A stretch of DNA of 64,000 nucleotides from IMG/VR virus record IMGVR_UViG_3300025769_000099, positions 1,532 through 65,531 of that record; one strand, given 5' to 3'. The notes under the pieces are model-generated. The model saw only the letters and a list, made by a program, of their open reading frames with translations, ran no database searches and was not told where the DNA came from. Source of the stretch: a virus (lineage: Duplodnaviria > Caudoviricetes). This document shows, piece by piece, positions 45,996 to 56,266 of the stretch. How positions within the stretch are numbered: position 1 is the first letter of the stretch; each line of letters begins with the position of its first letter. The position numbers and the translations under genes were made by a program.

Positions 45996-48187
45996 TGTAC
46001 GAACAAACATTATATGAGGTTATAGAGCCTATTAAAATAAATACTATAAAAAGGCTTAATAAAAAGAAAGCCTGGAAATACGGCTATAATAAAGAGCATG
46101 ATGTAGTTGTTATAAGTAAAGATGGTACAATAGGCGATGTGTATAGCATACAAAATTTAAAGATAGCTTTACCAAAGACACCAAAAAATACACATAAGTT
46201 TGATTCCAATAAGTGGGAAGTAACTGAGTATCCAAAAGAATTACAACGTGTAAACACTATATTTGATTGGAAAAACTTACCTAATGACTTTAAAAGTAAG
46301 TACATTGATTACATAGAGAGTGAGTTTAGTAAAAGAGATGATGGTTTTTGGTTTTATAACAGAGATAAAGCAACTTATATAACCGGCACTCATTACATGT
46401 ATTTACAATGGAGCAAGATTGATGTAGGTAAACCTGATTTTAGAGAAGCAAATAGATTATTTTATATATTCTGGGAAGCTTGCAAAGCTGATAAAAGATG
46501 TTATGGAATGTGTTATTTAAAAAACAGACGTTCTGGTTTTTCTTTTATGGCATCAGGAGAAGTTGTAAATCAAGCAACTTTAGCTAGTGATTCAAGATTT
46601 GGTATATTATCAAAGACTGGTCCAGATGCTAAAAAAATGTTTACAGACAAGGTAGTTCCAATATCAGTTAACTATCCGTTCTTTTTTAAACCGATTCAAG
46701 ATGGTATGGATCGACCTAAAACAGAGTTAGCGTATAGAGTACCTGCTAGCAAACTAACAAGAAGAAATATTACATCAGATAATAAAGAACAGTTAGAAGG
46801 ATTAGATACCACTATTGATTGGAAAAACACAGGTGATAACAGTTATGATGGTGAGAAACTTAAGTTATTAGTGCACGATGAGAGTGGTAAGTGGGAAAGA
46901 CCCAATAACATATTAAATAACTGGAGAGTTACGAAAACAACACTACGATTAGGTAGTAGAATTATCGGCAAGTGTATGATGGGGTCAACATCAAATGCTT
47001 TGGATAAAGGTGGTGATAACTTCAAGAAATTATATAAAAACTCTGATGTTACAAAAAGAAACCGCAATGGACAGACAAGCTCAGGACTCTATTCTTTGTT
47101 CGTACCTATGGAATGGAACTACGAAGGATTCATTGATTCTTATGGCTTACCTGTATTCGATACGCCAGAAAATGAAGTTGAAGGACCTCATGGAGACTTC
47201 ATAGATATAGGTGTTATAAATCATTGGCAAAACGAAGCTGATGGATTAAAAAATGATGGAGACGCTTTAAATGAATTTTATAGACAGTTTCCTCGTAATG
47301 AAGAGCATGCTTTCAGAGACGAAACAAAAAATAGTATATTTAATTTAGCAAAAATATACGAACAAATAGATTATAATGAAGAGTTTGCTTCTGATTATGT
47401 TTCAACTGGTAATTTCCAGTGGATCAACGGAATAAAAGATACAAGGGTAATGTTTTACCCAGATGCTAATGGTAGGTTCAAAGTATCATGGGTGCCAAAA
47501 CAAGAGTTACAAAATAATGTAATTATTAAAAATGGTGTAAAATACCCTGGTAATGAACACTTAGGTTGCTTTGGTTGTGATAGCTATGATATATCAGGAA
47601 CTGTTGATGGTAAAGGATCTAAAGGTGCTTTACACGGTTTAACAAAGTTCAGTATGGAAGATTGTCCACCAAACCAATTTTTCTTAGAGTATATAGCTAG
47701 ACCTCAGACTGCTGAGATTTTCTTTGAAGATGTTCTAATGGCTTTAATATTCTACGGGATGCCTATATTAGCAGAGAACAACAAACCTCGTCTATTGTAT
47801 TATATGAGAAGGCGTGGTTATAGAGGTTTTAGCATGAATAGACCTGATAAAACTTGGAATAAACTTTCTGTTGCAGAAAGAGAAATAGGTGGAATACCTA
47901 ACTCAAGTGAAGATATTAAACAAGCTCATGCAGCAGCTATTGAAATGTATATACAAGATCACGTTGGTGATAGAGGTAGTATGTATTTTACAGAAACCTT
48001 ACAAGACTGGTCTAAATTTGATATAAACAATAGAACAAAATTTGATGCCGCTATTAGTAGTGGTTTAGCTGTTATGGGTTGTAATAGACATTTATATACT
48101 CCAAACGCATTAAAAGAAAAAAAGAAACTAAATTTAAAGATTTCAAGGTATGAAAACAAAGGTACCTTATCTAAGTTAATAAAATAA
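45995..48187 (+). CDS. terL: Terminase large subunit
   Basis: LKNRRSGFS (Walker A variant), LVHDESGKW (Walker B) and GCDSYD (nuclease). Confidence 0.9.
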   Translation: MYEQTLYEVIEPIKINTIKRLNKKKAWKYGYNKEHDVVVISKDGTIGDVYSIQNLKIALPKTPKNTHKFDSNKWEVTEYPKELQRVNTIFDWKNLPNDFKSKYIDYIESEFSKRDDGFWFYNRDKATYITGTHYMYLQWSKIDVGKPDFREANRLFYIFWEACKADKRCYGMCYLKNRRSGFSFMASGEVVNQATLASDSRFGILSKTGPDAKKMFTDKVVPISVNYPFFFKPIQDGMDRPKTELAYRVPASKLTRRNITSDNKEQLEGLDTTIDWKNTGDNSYDGEKLKLLVHDESGKWERPNNILNNWRVTKTTLRLGSRIIGKCMMGSTSNALDKGGDNFKKLYKNSDVTKRNRNGQTSSGLYSLFVPMEWNYEGFIDSYGLPVFDTPENEVEGPHGDFIDIGVINHWQNEADGLKNDGDALNEFYRQFPRNEEHAFRDETKNSIFNLAKIYEQIDYNEEFASDYVSTGNFQWINGIKDTRVMFYPDANGRFKVSWVPKQELQNNVIIKNGVKYPGNEHLGCFGCDSYDISGTVDGKGSKGALHGLTKFSMEDCPPNQFFLEYIARPQTAEIFFEDVLMALIFYGMPILAENNKPRLLYYMRRRGYRGFSMNRPDKTWNKLSVAEREIGGIPNSSEDIKQAHAAAIEMYIQDHVGDRGSMYFTETLQDWSKFDINNRTKFDAAISSGLAVMGCNRHLYTPNALKEKKKLNLKISRYENKGTLSKLIK

Positions 48188-48191
48188 TAAT

Positions 48192-50600
48192 ATGGCCGAA
48201 TCAATAACAAAAGAATATTTTCCAAGTCAGGTTGCTCCCGATATAGAGAAGGTGAGTCAAGAATATGGCTTAAAGGTAGCTAAAGCTATTGAAAGCGAGT
48301 GGTTCGTTAGAGATGGAGTGACTTATAGATTTGCTAATAATCAGGATAGTTTTCATAAACTTAGGATGTATGCTAGGGGAGAGCAGTCTGTACAAAAATA
48401 TAAAGACGAATTATCTATTAATGGTGATATGTCTTATTTAAATTTAGACTGGAAGCCAGTGCCTATTATACCTAAGTTTGTTGATATAGTTGTAAATGGT
48501 ATTGCTGAAAGAGTTTATGATATAAAAGCTTATTCGCAAGATCCTTACGGCGTTGATAAACGTACTAAATACATGGAAAGTCTTTTAATAGACATGAATA
48601 ATTTAAAATTAAACGAAGAAGTTAAAGCTTTTTATGGTGAAGGTATATTACAAAACCCTGAAGAATTAGTACCAGAAAACAAAGAAGAATTAGAATTACA
48701 CATGCAGCTTACATATAAGCAAGCTGTAGAAATTGCTGAAGAGCAAGCTTTAAACGTATTACTTGATGGTAATAAGTATGAGTTAATAAGAAAAAGATTT
48801 TACTATGATTTAACTGTTCTAGGTATTGGAGCCGTTAAAACTGGTTTTAATACATCACAAGGTGTTACTATAGATTATGTAGATCCTGCTAATTTAGTTT
48901 GGTCTTTTACTCAAGACCCTTATTTTGACGATATATATTATGTAGGTGAGGTAAAAGTTATACCTATAAATGAATTAGTAAAACAGTTTCCTGATCTAGA
49001 TCAACAAGAGTTAGAGGAAATAGCTGGCCAAAGTTTTAGAAAAGCAGGTTATTACAACTCACATCATGATCATGATGAAATAGATAAAAATCAAGTACAA
49101 ATATTGTACTTTAATTATAAAACTTATTCAAAAGAAGTTTATAAAGTAAAAGACACAGCATCTGGAGCTACAAAAGTTATTGTTAAAGATGAATCATTTA
49201 ACCCTGTAGTTGATGCTGCTTTAGAACAAAGATTTGGTAAGTTAGAAAGACAAATAGAGGTTTTATATGAAGGAGCTCTTATATTAGGTAGTGATAAATT
49301 ACTTAAATGGGAGTTAGCTAAAAACATGATGAGACCTAAGAGTGACTTTACTAAAGTTAAAATGAACTATAATATAGTTGCTCCAAGAATGTATAAAGGT
49401 AAAATTGAATCGCTAGTGAGTAGATGTACTTCGTTTGCTGATATGATTCAAATAACACACCTTAAACTCCAACAAGTTCTTTCGCGAATGGTACCGGACG
49501 GCATATTTATGGATGCTGATGGCCTTGCAGAGATAGACCTTGGTAACGGCACGAACTACAACCCGCAAGAAGCATTAAACATGTTTTTCCAAACTGGTAG
49601 TATAATCGGTAGATCCTTAACTATGGATGGAGATCCAAACCCAGGAAAGGTGCCTATTCAAGAAATACAGAGTGGTAATGGCGGTGGCAAGCTACAAAGT
49701 TTAATACAGACATACAATTATTATCTGCAGATGATAAGAGACGTGACCGGATTAAATGAGGCAAGGGATGCTAGCACACCAGACGCGAAAGCTTTAGTTG
49801 GTATACAAAAAATAGCTGCTGCTAATAGTAATACAGCTACTAGGCATATACTAAAAGCTGGTTTATATTTAACAGCTGAAGTTTGTGAAGCTTTATCTTT
49901 AAGAGTATCTGATATTATAGAGTACTCACCAACAAAAGATGCTTTCATACAGTCAATAGGTGCACACAATGTTGCTACGTTAGAAGAAATGTCCAATTTA
50001 CACTTGTATGACTTTGGTATATTTTTAGAACTAGAGCCTGATGAAGAAGAAAAACAACTATTAGAAAACAATATACAAATGGCATTAACTCAACAAAGTA
50101 TAGAGTTAGAAGATGCTATTGATCTTAGAATGATTAAAAACATTAAGTTAGCTAATCAGTTATTAAAAATACGTAGAAAAAAGAAACAAGAAAGAGATCA
50201 AGAACTACAACAAAGAAATATAGAAGCTCAAGCTAAAGCCAATGGTGAAGCACAGCAAATGGCTTCTCAAGCTGAAGTTCAAAAACAACAAGCTATAATT
50301 CAAATGCAAACTCAGCTAGAACAAGTTAAGGCTAAAATAGCTGCCCAAAACTTAATACAAGAAACACAGCTTAAAAAAGAATTAATGGCTTATGAGTTTG
50401 AATTAAATCAAAAACTACAACAAAAACAAGATCAACTTGTAGAGCAAAAAGAAAATATAAAAGAAGATCGTAAAGATCAAAGAGTGAAGTTACAGGGAGA
50501 AGAGCGAAGAAAATCACAAGATGATGCTAAAAAGTTCGAGTCTTCAGGTAATGATATACTAGGTGGAGGCATTGATATGAGTGGCTTCGATCCTAGGTAA
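48192..50600 (+). CDS. Portal protein
   Basis: Follows terL; LDWKPVPIIPKFVDIVVNG, IRDVTGLNEARD and a Q-rich coiled C-terminus. Confidence 0.85.
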   Translation: MAESITKEYFPSQVAPDIEKVSQEYGLKVAKAIESEWFVRDGVTYRFANNQDSFHKLRMYARGEQSVQKYKDELSINGDMSYLNLDWKPVPIIPKFVDIVVNGIAERVYDIKAYSQDPYGVDKRTKYMESLLIDMNNLKLNEEVKAFYGEGILQNPEELVPENKEELELHMQLTYKQAVEIAEEQALNVLLDGNKYELIRKRFYYDLTVLGIGAVKTGFNTSQGVTIDYVDPANLVWSFTQDPYFDDIYYVGEVKVIPINELVKQFPDLDQQELEEIAGQSFRKAGYYNSHHDHDEIDKNQVQILYFNYKTYSKEVYKVKDTASGATKVIVKDESFNPVVDAALEQRFGKLERQIEVLYEGALILGSDKLLKWELAKNMMRPKSDFTKVKMNYNIVAPRMYKGKIESLVSRCTSFADMIQITHLKLQQVLSRMVPDGIFMDADGLAEIDLGNGTNYNPQEALNMFFQTGSIIGRSLTMDGDPNPGKVPIQEIQSGNGGGKLQSLIQTYNYYLQMIRDVTGLNEARDASTPDAKALVGIQKIAAANSNTATRHILKAGLYLTAEVCEALSLRVSDIIEYSPTKDAFIQSIGAHNVATLEEMSNLHLYDFGIFLELEPDEEEKQLLENNIQMALTQQSIELEDAIDLRMIKNIKLANQLLKIRRKKKQERDQELQQRNIEAQAKANGEAQQMASQAEVQKQQAIIQMQTQLEQVKAKIAAQNLIQETQLKKELMAYEFELNQKLQQKQDQLVEQKENIKEDRKDQRVKLQGEERRKSQDDAKKFESSGNDILGGGIDMSGFDPR

Positions 50601-50625
50601 TTGTTTAATTTTATAATATTATATT

Positions 50626-51903
50626 ATGTCAAAAAAAGAAGAAGTGGTTGAAGAAGTTCAATCCGTAAAACCAGTAGAGGCAGCTCCAAAAAAAGAAGAA
50701 GCTGCAATCACTGAAGGTGGTGATATGAAAATAAAGCCAAAAGCAAAAAGATTTGCTAACAAACCTAACGAACCGATTAAAGTAGATTTATCTAAACCGG
50801 TTGAAAAGGTTGAAGAAAGTGAAATAGCTAAAGTAGATTTAACTATTAAGGAAGAACCTAAAGAAGAACCTAAAGAAGAGCAGCCTAAAAAAGATGTTGT
50901 TATTGAAGAGGTAAAAGAAGAAGAAGTTACTCCTGAAGAAGAAACAGAGGTAAAAGATACACCTGTTCTTGAAGAGATAACAGATGAAGAAAAAGAGGAA
51001 ATAGTTGAAGCTAAAACAGAAGAATTAAAAGACGAGGTTGAGCAAGCTGTGCAAGAGTCACAGGAAAAATCTGAACCACTACCAGAAAACATACAAAAAG
51101 TTGTAGACTTTATGAATGAAACTGGTGGAAGTCTAGAAGAGTATGTTAGATTAAATCAAGACTATTCTAGTTATGATGAAAAACAACTACTAAAAGAATA
51201 CTATAAACAAACCAAACCACATCTTGATGATGAGGAAATTGGTTTCTTAATGGAAGATCAATTCGCTTTTGATGAAGAATCAGATAGTGAAAGAGATATT
51301 CGTAGAAAAAAACTGGCGTTAAAAGAGCAAGTTGCAAATGCCAAAACCCACCTGGACGGGTTAAAGTCCAAATACTATAAAGAAATCAAAGCTGGTGTTA
51401 AGTTAACACCGGAACAACAAAAAGCTGTTGAATTCTTTAATAGATATAACGATGAGCAAGACCAGAGTCAGAAAGTTCAAGATCATCAAGCATCTATATT
51501 TAAAAATGAAACTAGTAAAGTTTTTAATCCTAATTTCAAAGGTTTTGAATACAACGTTGGAGAAAAACGATACAGGTTTAATGTTAAAGATGCTAATAAA
51601 ATTAAGACCGAACAAAGTGACATCAGTAATTTCGTTAAAAGATTTTTAAATAAAAACAACGAAATGCAAGATGCTGCAGGTTACCACAAGTCTTTATTTA
51701 CAGCTATGAACCCAGACATAGTTGCTAACCATTTCTATGAGCAGGGCCGAGCAGATGCTATCAAGGATAGTATTGCTAAGGCGAAAAACGTGAGCATGGA
51801 CCCCAGACAAACACATAAAACTGTTGAAGCTGGTGGTATGAAGGTTAGAGCTATAACAGGCAACGACTCTAATGCGTTCAAAGTTAGATTTAACAAAAAA
51901 TAA
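50626..51903 (+). CDS. Putative scaffolding protein
   Basis: Very acidic N-terminal half; lies between portal and capsid genes. Confidence 0.6.
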   Translation: MSKKEEVVEEVQSVKPVEAAPKKEEAAITEGGDMKIKPKAKRFANKPNEPIKVDLSKPVEKVEESEIAKVDLTIKEEPKEEPKEEQPKKDVVIEEVKEEEVTPEEETEVKDTPVLEEITDEEKEEIVEAKTEELKDEVEQAVQESQEKSEPLPENIQKVVDFMNETGGSLEEYVRLNQDYSSYDEKQLLKEYYKQTKPHLDDEEIGFLMEDQFAFDEESDSERDIRRKKLALKEQVANAKTHLDGLKSKYYKEIKAGVKLTPEQQKAVEFFNRYNDEQDQSQKVQDHQASIFKNETSKVFNPNFKGFEYNVGEKRYRFNVKDANKIKTEQSDISNFVKRFLNKNNEMQDAAGYHKSLFTAMNPDIVANHFYEQGRADAIKDSIAKAKNVSMDPRQTHKTVEAGGMKVRAITGNDSNAFKVRFNKK

Positions 51904-51930
51904 AGTTTAACTAATTAAAAATTAAAAATT

Positions 51931-53442
51931 ATGCCTTTTTCAAGTTCAGGTTCTTACCAGAACCACTTAACTCCAAGACCGACTCAGTCGTTATTTTCAG
52001 ATAACTACTTGTCGTTCGACAGCGCCTCTGGCGGCGGTACATTTGCACAGCAATTTTTACCGGAAATTTATGAAAAAGAAGTAGAGAGATACGGTAAAAG
52101 AACTATCTCTGGCTTCTTACAGATGGTTGGTGCAGAAATGCCACTAGCTTCTGATCAAGTAATTTGGTCTGAGCAAGGTAGATTACACATTGCGTACTCT
52201 GCAGCATCTTACAACGATGGTGCTAACGCAGTGCAAATCGCCGCAGCCGCGAATAACACAATTACTTTACCTGCTTCTAACTTAATACAAAACCACGATA
52301 CTATTGTAGTTGCTTCAACTGACAATGCTAAAGTGTTAAAATGTTTAGTTGTATCAGGTGGTGGATCAACTACTATTACTGTTGCTCCATATACTCAAAG
52401 AAGATTATCTAATGTTGACGATGGTTCAGGTACTACTGGTGCTGTAAACTTCGCTAACGGTGATGACCTTAACATCTTTGTTTACGGAACTGAATATATC
52501 AAAGGATCTTCTGAAGATTCAAGATCTATTGACGCTTCTTTCACAAGATTTAGCAACAAACCAGCTATCTTAAGAGACAGATACCAAGTTAATGGTTCTG
52601 ACACTGCACAGATCGGTTGGGTTGAAGTTACATCTGAAAACGGAGCTTCTGGATACTTATGGTATTTAAAATCAGAGCACGAAGCAAGATTAAGATTTCA
52701 AGATTACCTAGAAATGGCTATGATTGAAGGTGAGCAAGTAGCAATGCCAAGTAACCACACATTCCAAGGGACATCTAACTTCGCGGTTGGTGGTACTCAA
52801 GGTTTATTCTCTGCTCTAGAAGCAAGAGGATTAGTTTGGACTGGTACTGACTTTGATATTGTTGACACCGGTGGTGTTACAGATCAAATCGCTGCTAACG
52901 CACACGTTGGTATGAATGAGTTTGATACTATTCTTCAAGAATTAGACAAGCAAGGTGCTATTGAAGAAAACATGATGTTCCTAGACAGATCTACTGCTTT
53001 AGAAATTGACAACATGTTAGCTTCACAAAATAACTACGGTGTTGGTGGTACTTCTTACGGAGTATTCAACAACTCTGAAGATATGGCGTTGAACCTAGGC
53101 TTCTCTGGTTTCAGAAGAGGTTCTTATGACTTCTACAAGTCTGACTGGAAATACTTAAATGACTCTGTAACAAGAGGACTTATTGGAGACATCGAAGGTG
53201 TTATCGTTCCTGCTGGAACTTCAACAGTTTACGACGAATCAATGGGTAAAAACATCCAAAGACCTTTCTTACACGTAAGATATAGAGCTTCTGAGGCTGA
53301 TGATAGAAAAATGAAATCTTGGATCACTGGATCTGTAGGTGGAAACTATACATCATCTGCTGATGAAATGGTTGTTAACTTCTTATCAGAAAGATGTTTA
53401 TGTGTACAAGCTGCGAATAACTTCGTATTGCTTAAAGCATAA
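51931..53442 (+). CDS. Major capsid protein
   Basis: QQFLPEIYEKEVERYG, DQVIWSEQGRLH, GFRRGSYDFYK and FLSERCL; followed by a strong terminator. Confidence 0.85.
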   Translation: MPFSSSGSYQNHLTPRPTQSLFSDNYLSFDSASGGGTFAQQFLPEIYEKEVERYGKRTISGFLQMVGAEMPLASDQVIWSEQGRLHIAYSAASYNDGANAVQIAAAANNTITLPASNLIQNHDTIVVASTDNAKVLKCLVVSGGGSTTITVAPYTQRRLSNVDDGSGTTGAVNFANGDDLNIFVYGTEYIKGSSEDSRSIDASFTRFSNKPAILRDRYQVNGSDTAQIGWVEVTSENGASGYLWYLKSEHEARLRFQDYLEMAMIEGEQVAMPSNHTFQGTSNFAVGGTQGLFSALEARGLVWTGTDFDIVDTGGVTDQIAANAHVGMNEFDTILQELDKQGAIEENMMFLDRSTALEIDNMLASQNNYGVGGTSYGVFNNSEDMALNLGFSGFRRGSYDFYKSDWKYLNDSVTRGLIGDIEGVIVPAGTSTVYDESMGKNIQRPFLHVRYRASEADDRKMKSWITGSVGGNYTSSADEMVVNFLSERCLCVQAANNFVLLKA

Positions 53443-53454
53443 CAATTATTACTT

Positions 53455-53491
53455 AAAAGCAAAGGGGCTTCGGCCCCTAGCTTTTATTTTT
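53455..53491 (+). terminator. Rho-independent terminator
   Basis: aggggc-ttcg-gcccct followed by a T-rich tract. Confidence 0.85.
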
Positions 53492-53516
53492 ACAAACTTT
53501 TTAATTATATTATATT

Positions 53517-54281
53517 ATGGAAAAACAAAACTTACCAACCGTGGAAAAAGGTTGGGAAATTAAAGACAGAGTTTATATGTTGACTGGAGACAATCAACCA
53601 CCTGTCATGACAATACAAAGTAAGCATACAAGAAGAAAACCTTTATTATGGTTTGATGAAGAACAAGGTTATAATAGAGAACTTAGATATGCTACAAATC
53701 AAAGATCGCCAATTAAAGATCTACAAAAAGGTTATTCAACTTTAGGTCACATATTTTTTAAAGAAGGTAGATTATCGGTACCAAAAAGCCAGCCAGCTTT
53801 ACAAAAATTGTTATCATTATATCACCCTAAAAAAGGTAAATTATATTTTGAATATACACCACAAGTGTATGCTGAAAATGAAGTTGATATGATCGAACTA
53901 GAAATTGAAGCTTTAAATTTAGCTAAAAAACTTGAAATAGATGAGTTAGAAGCTATATTAAGAGTTGAAAAAGGAAATAAAGTTAGCAAGTTATCTACTA
54001 AAGAACTTAAAAGAGATGCTTTAGTTTTTGCTAAAAATAATCCTGAAGCTTTTATAGATTTAGCTCAAGATGATAATGTTCATTTAAGAAACATTGGAAT
54101 CAAGGCTGTAGAAGCAAACATTATACAATTATCCCCTGATGGTAAACAATTCACATGGGGCAACGGTAGAAAACTATTTAAAGTACCATTTGAAGAAAAC
54201 CCATATTCAGCTTTAGCTGCTTGGTTTAAAACAGATGATGGTGTTGAAGTTTTAGGAGCTGTTGAGAAAAAAATGAAATAA
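53517..54281 (+). CDS. Conserved hypothetical protein of the structural module
   Basis: ORF after the major capsid gene; RELRYATNQRS. Confidence 0.6.
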   Translation: MEKQNLPTVEKGWEIKDRVYMLTGDNQPPVMTIQSKHTRRKPLLWFDEEQGYNRELRYATNQRSPIKDLQKGYSTLGHIFFKEGRLSVPKSQPALQKLLSLYHPKKGKLYFEYTPQVYAENEVDMIELEIEALNLAKKLEIDELEAILRVEKGNKVSKLSTKELKRDALVFAKNNPEAFIDLAQDDNVHLRNIGIKAVEANIIQLSPDGKQFTWGNGRKLFKVPFEENPYSALAAWFKTDDGVEVLGAVEKKMK

Positions 54282-54296
54282 TAATCACTTATAGAG

Positions 54297-54321
54297 GTAA
54301 CCATCTCTATGAGGTGGTTAC
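54297..54321 (+). terminator. Intergenic hairpin
   Basis: gtaaccatctc-tat-gaggtggttac. Confidence 0.5.
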
Positions 54322-54342
54322 TTACTATAAACAAAAACAATT

Positions 54343-55122
54343 ATGGCAGTTAATATAGATACAGTATATCAAAGAGTTTTAGCGATAGCTAATAAAGAAC
54401 AGAGAGGTTTTATAACTCCTCAAGAATTTAATCTATATGCTAACCAAGCTCAGATGGATATATTTGAGCAATATTTTTATGATTTAAACGCTTTAAATAG
54501 ATTACCTTCAAACGATTTTACATACTCGGATCAAGTAGATATAATAGAAGAAAAAATAGATATATTCGAAAGATACAGACAACCGGTTGTAATGTCAGGT
54601 GATGCTAGTGAAGGCGGTATGGGTACTATTCCCTCTTATTATAGACTAGGTGAAATTTACTACAAACACAAAGGTGGTTATGTAGAAGTTGAAAAAATTA
54701 GTCAAAACGAAATACATCATATACAAAACTCCCCTTTAACGGCGCCGTCGTTAACAAGACCTGTTTATGTTAGAACTAGTAGCGTTGTACCAGACGATGC
54801 TAGTGGTAACGCACAAACCGCAACAACTAACAATGAAATAGGTTTATCAAGATCAATACAAATTTATCCTATAAGTATAACTAGCAACGTAGTGTGTAAC
54901 TATATAGCTAGACCTATTACTGTAGAGTGGGCTTATACAACTGTTTTAGACGAAGCTTTATATAACGCAAACAATAGTCAAGATTTTGAATTACACCAAT
55001 CAGACGAGTCTGAACTGGTTATTAAAATATTAGAACTTGCTGGTATTGAAATTAAAGATCCACAAGTATATCAAGTTGCTGCTGCGGAAGAAGCACAAAA
55101 CATTCAACAAGAAAATAAATAA
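54343..55122 (+). CDS. Tail ring/adaptor structural protein
   Basis: VYQRVLAIANKEQRGFITPQEFN; position in the tail module. Confidence 0.6.
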   Translation: MAVNIDTVYQRVLAIANKEQRGFITPQEFNLYANQAQMDIFEQYFYDLNALNRLPSNDFTYSDQVDIIEEKIDIFERYRQPVVMSGDASEGGMGTIPSYYRLGEIYYKHKGGYVEVEKISQNEIHHIQNSPLTAPSLTRPVYVRTSSVVPDDASGNAQTATTNNEIGLSRSIQIYPISITSNVVCNYIARPITVEWAYTTVLDEALYNANNSQDFELHQSDESELVIKILELAGIEIKDPQVYQVAAAEEAQNIQQENK

Positions 55123-55124
55123 TT

Positions 55125-56261
55125 ATGCCACTATTCGAAGGAACACACGAACAATATTACGGAGCTCAAGAGTTTGCTACAACTTCTGCACAAGCAAGTG
55201 GTGGTGGTACTGCTGGACAATATGTTATAACATTTCCAGCAAATCAAACACTGCTTAATAGTTTAGCAACTATGCCAGAATCTGCTGGTGAGATTAGAGT
55301 AGATACTGTTGTAAGTGGTACAACAACTATTGGTGTTGACTTCACTTTTAATCCTACTACATATACAGTAACATTAGCCTCTCCTGTTGCAGTAGGATCT
55401 ATAGTTACAGTTAGAATAATAAATCCTCAATATGGTAATTATCAGTTTATATCACTACAAACTATTATAAACAACTTTATTATAAGTTATGTTGGTAGCA
55501 ACAAGATAATACCTAAGGTAAGAAAAGCAGATGTTGCATTTCATGCTCAAAGAGCAATACAAGAATTAAGCTATGATACTTTTAAGTCTAGTAAATCTAT
55601 GGAGGTAGAAGTTACACCTTCGTTAAGAGTAGCTTTACCACATGATTATGTTAATTACATAAAAGTTTGCTACATAGATGATGATGGTATTGAAAGAATA
55701 TTATATCCTGCTAGAAAAACAGGCAACCCAATATCATATGCTCAGGATGCTAACGGAGAATATTTATTTCAAGCTGATAGTAGCTTGTTATATTTAAGTG
55801 ATTCTACACAATGGACTAGATACCAAGGCGCGAATGAAGATGAATCCGGATTAAACGATCCTAAAAGAAGTGATGACGATTTTGAATCTGTTCAAGGTAG
55901 AAGATTTGGTTTAGAACCAGAACATGCTCAATTTAATGGAATATTTTACATAGATGAACATAGAGGTTATATAAACCTAAGTAGTTCAATGAGTGGTAAG
56001 ATACTTGTCCTTAAATATATTAGTGATGGTTTGGGAACTGATGATGAAATGATAGTACATAAATTTGCTGAAGAAGCTATGTATAAATCAATAGCATACG
56101 CAATAGCTAGTACACATACTAGTGTTTCGCCTAATTATATACCTTTATTAAAAAGAGAAAGATTTGTTGCTATAAGAAATGCTAAAATAAGATTATCAAA
56201 CTTAAAAATAGAAGAGCTTGCTCAAGTGATGAGAGGTAAATCTAAAGTAATTAAACACTAA
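55125..56261 (+). CDS. Tail/adaptor structural protein
   Basis: LPHDYVNY and LKYISDGL; position in the tail module. Confidence 0.6.
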   Translation: MPLFEGTHEQYYGAQEFATTSAQASGGGTAGQYVITFPANQTLLNSLATMPESAGEIRVDTVVSGTTTIGVDFTFNPTTYTVTLASPVAVGSIVTVRIINPQYGNYQFISLQTIINNFIISYVGSNKIIPKVRKADVAFHAQRAIQELSYDTFKSSKSMEVEVTPSLRVALPHDYVNYIKVCYIDDDGIERILYPARKTGNPISYAQDANGEYLFQADSSLLYLSDSTQWTRYQGANEDESGLNDPKRSDDDFESVQGRRFGLEPEHAQFNGIFYIDEHRGYINLSSSMSGKILVLKYISDGLGTDDEMIVHKFAEEAMYKSIAYAIASTHTSVSPNYIPLLKRERFVAIRNAKIRLSNLKIEELAQVMRGKSKVIKH

Positions 56262-56266
56262 TACAT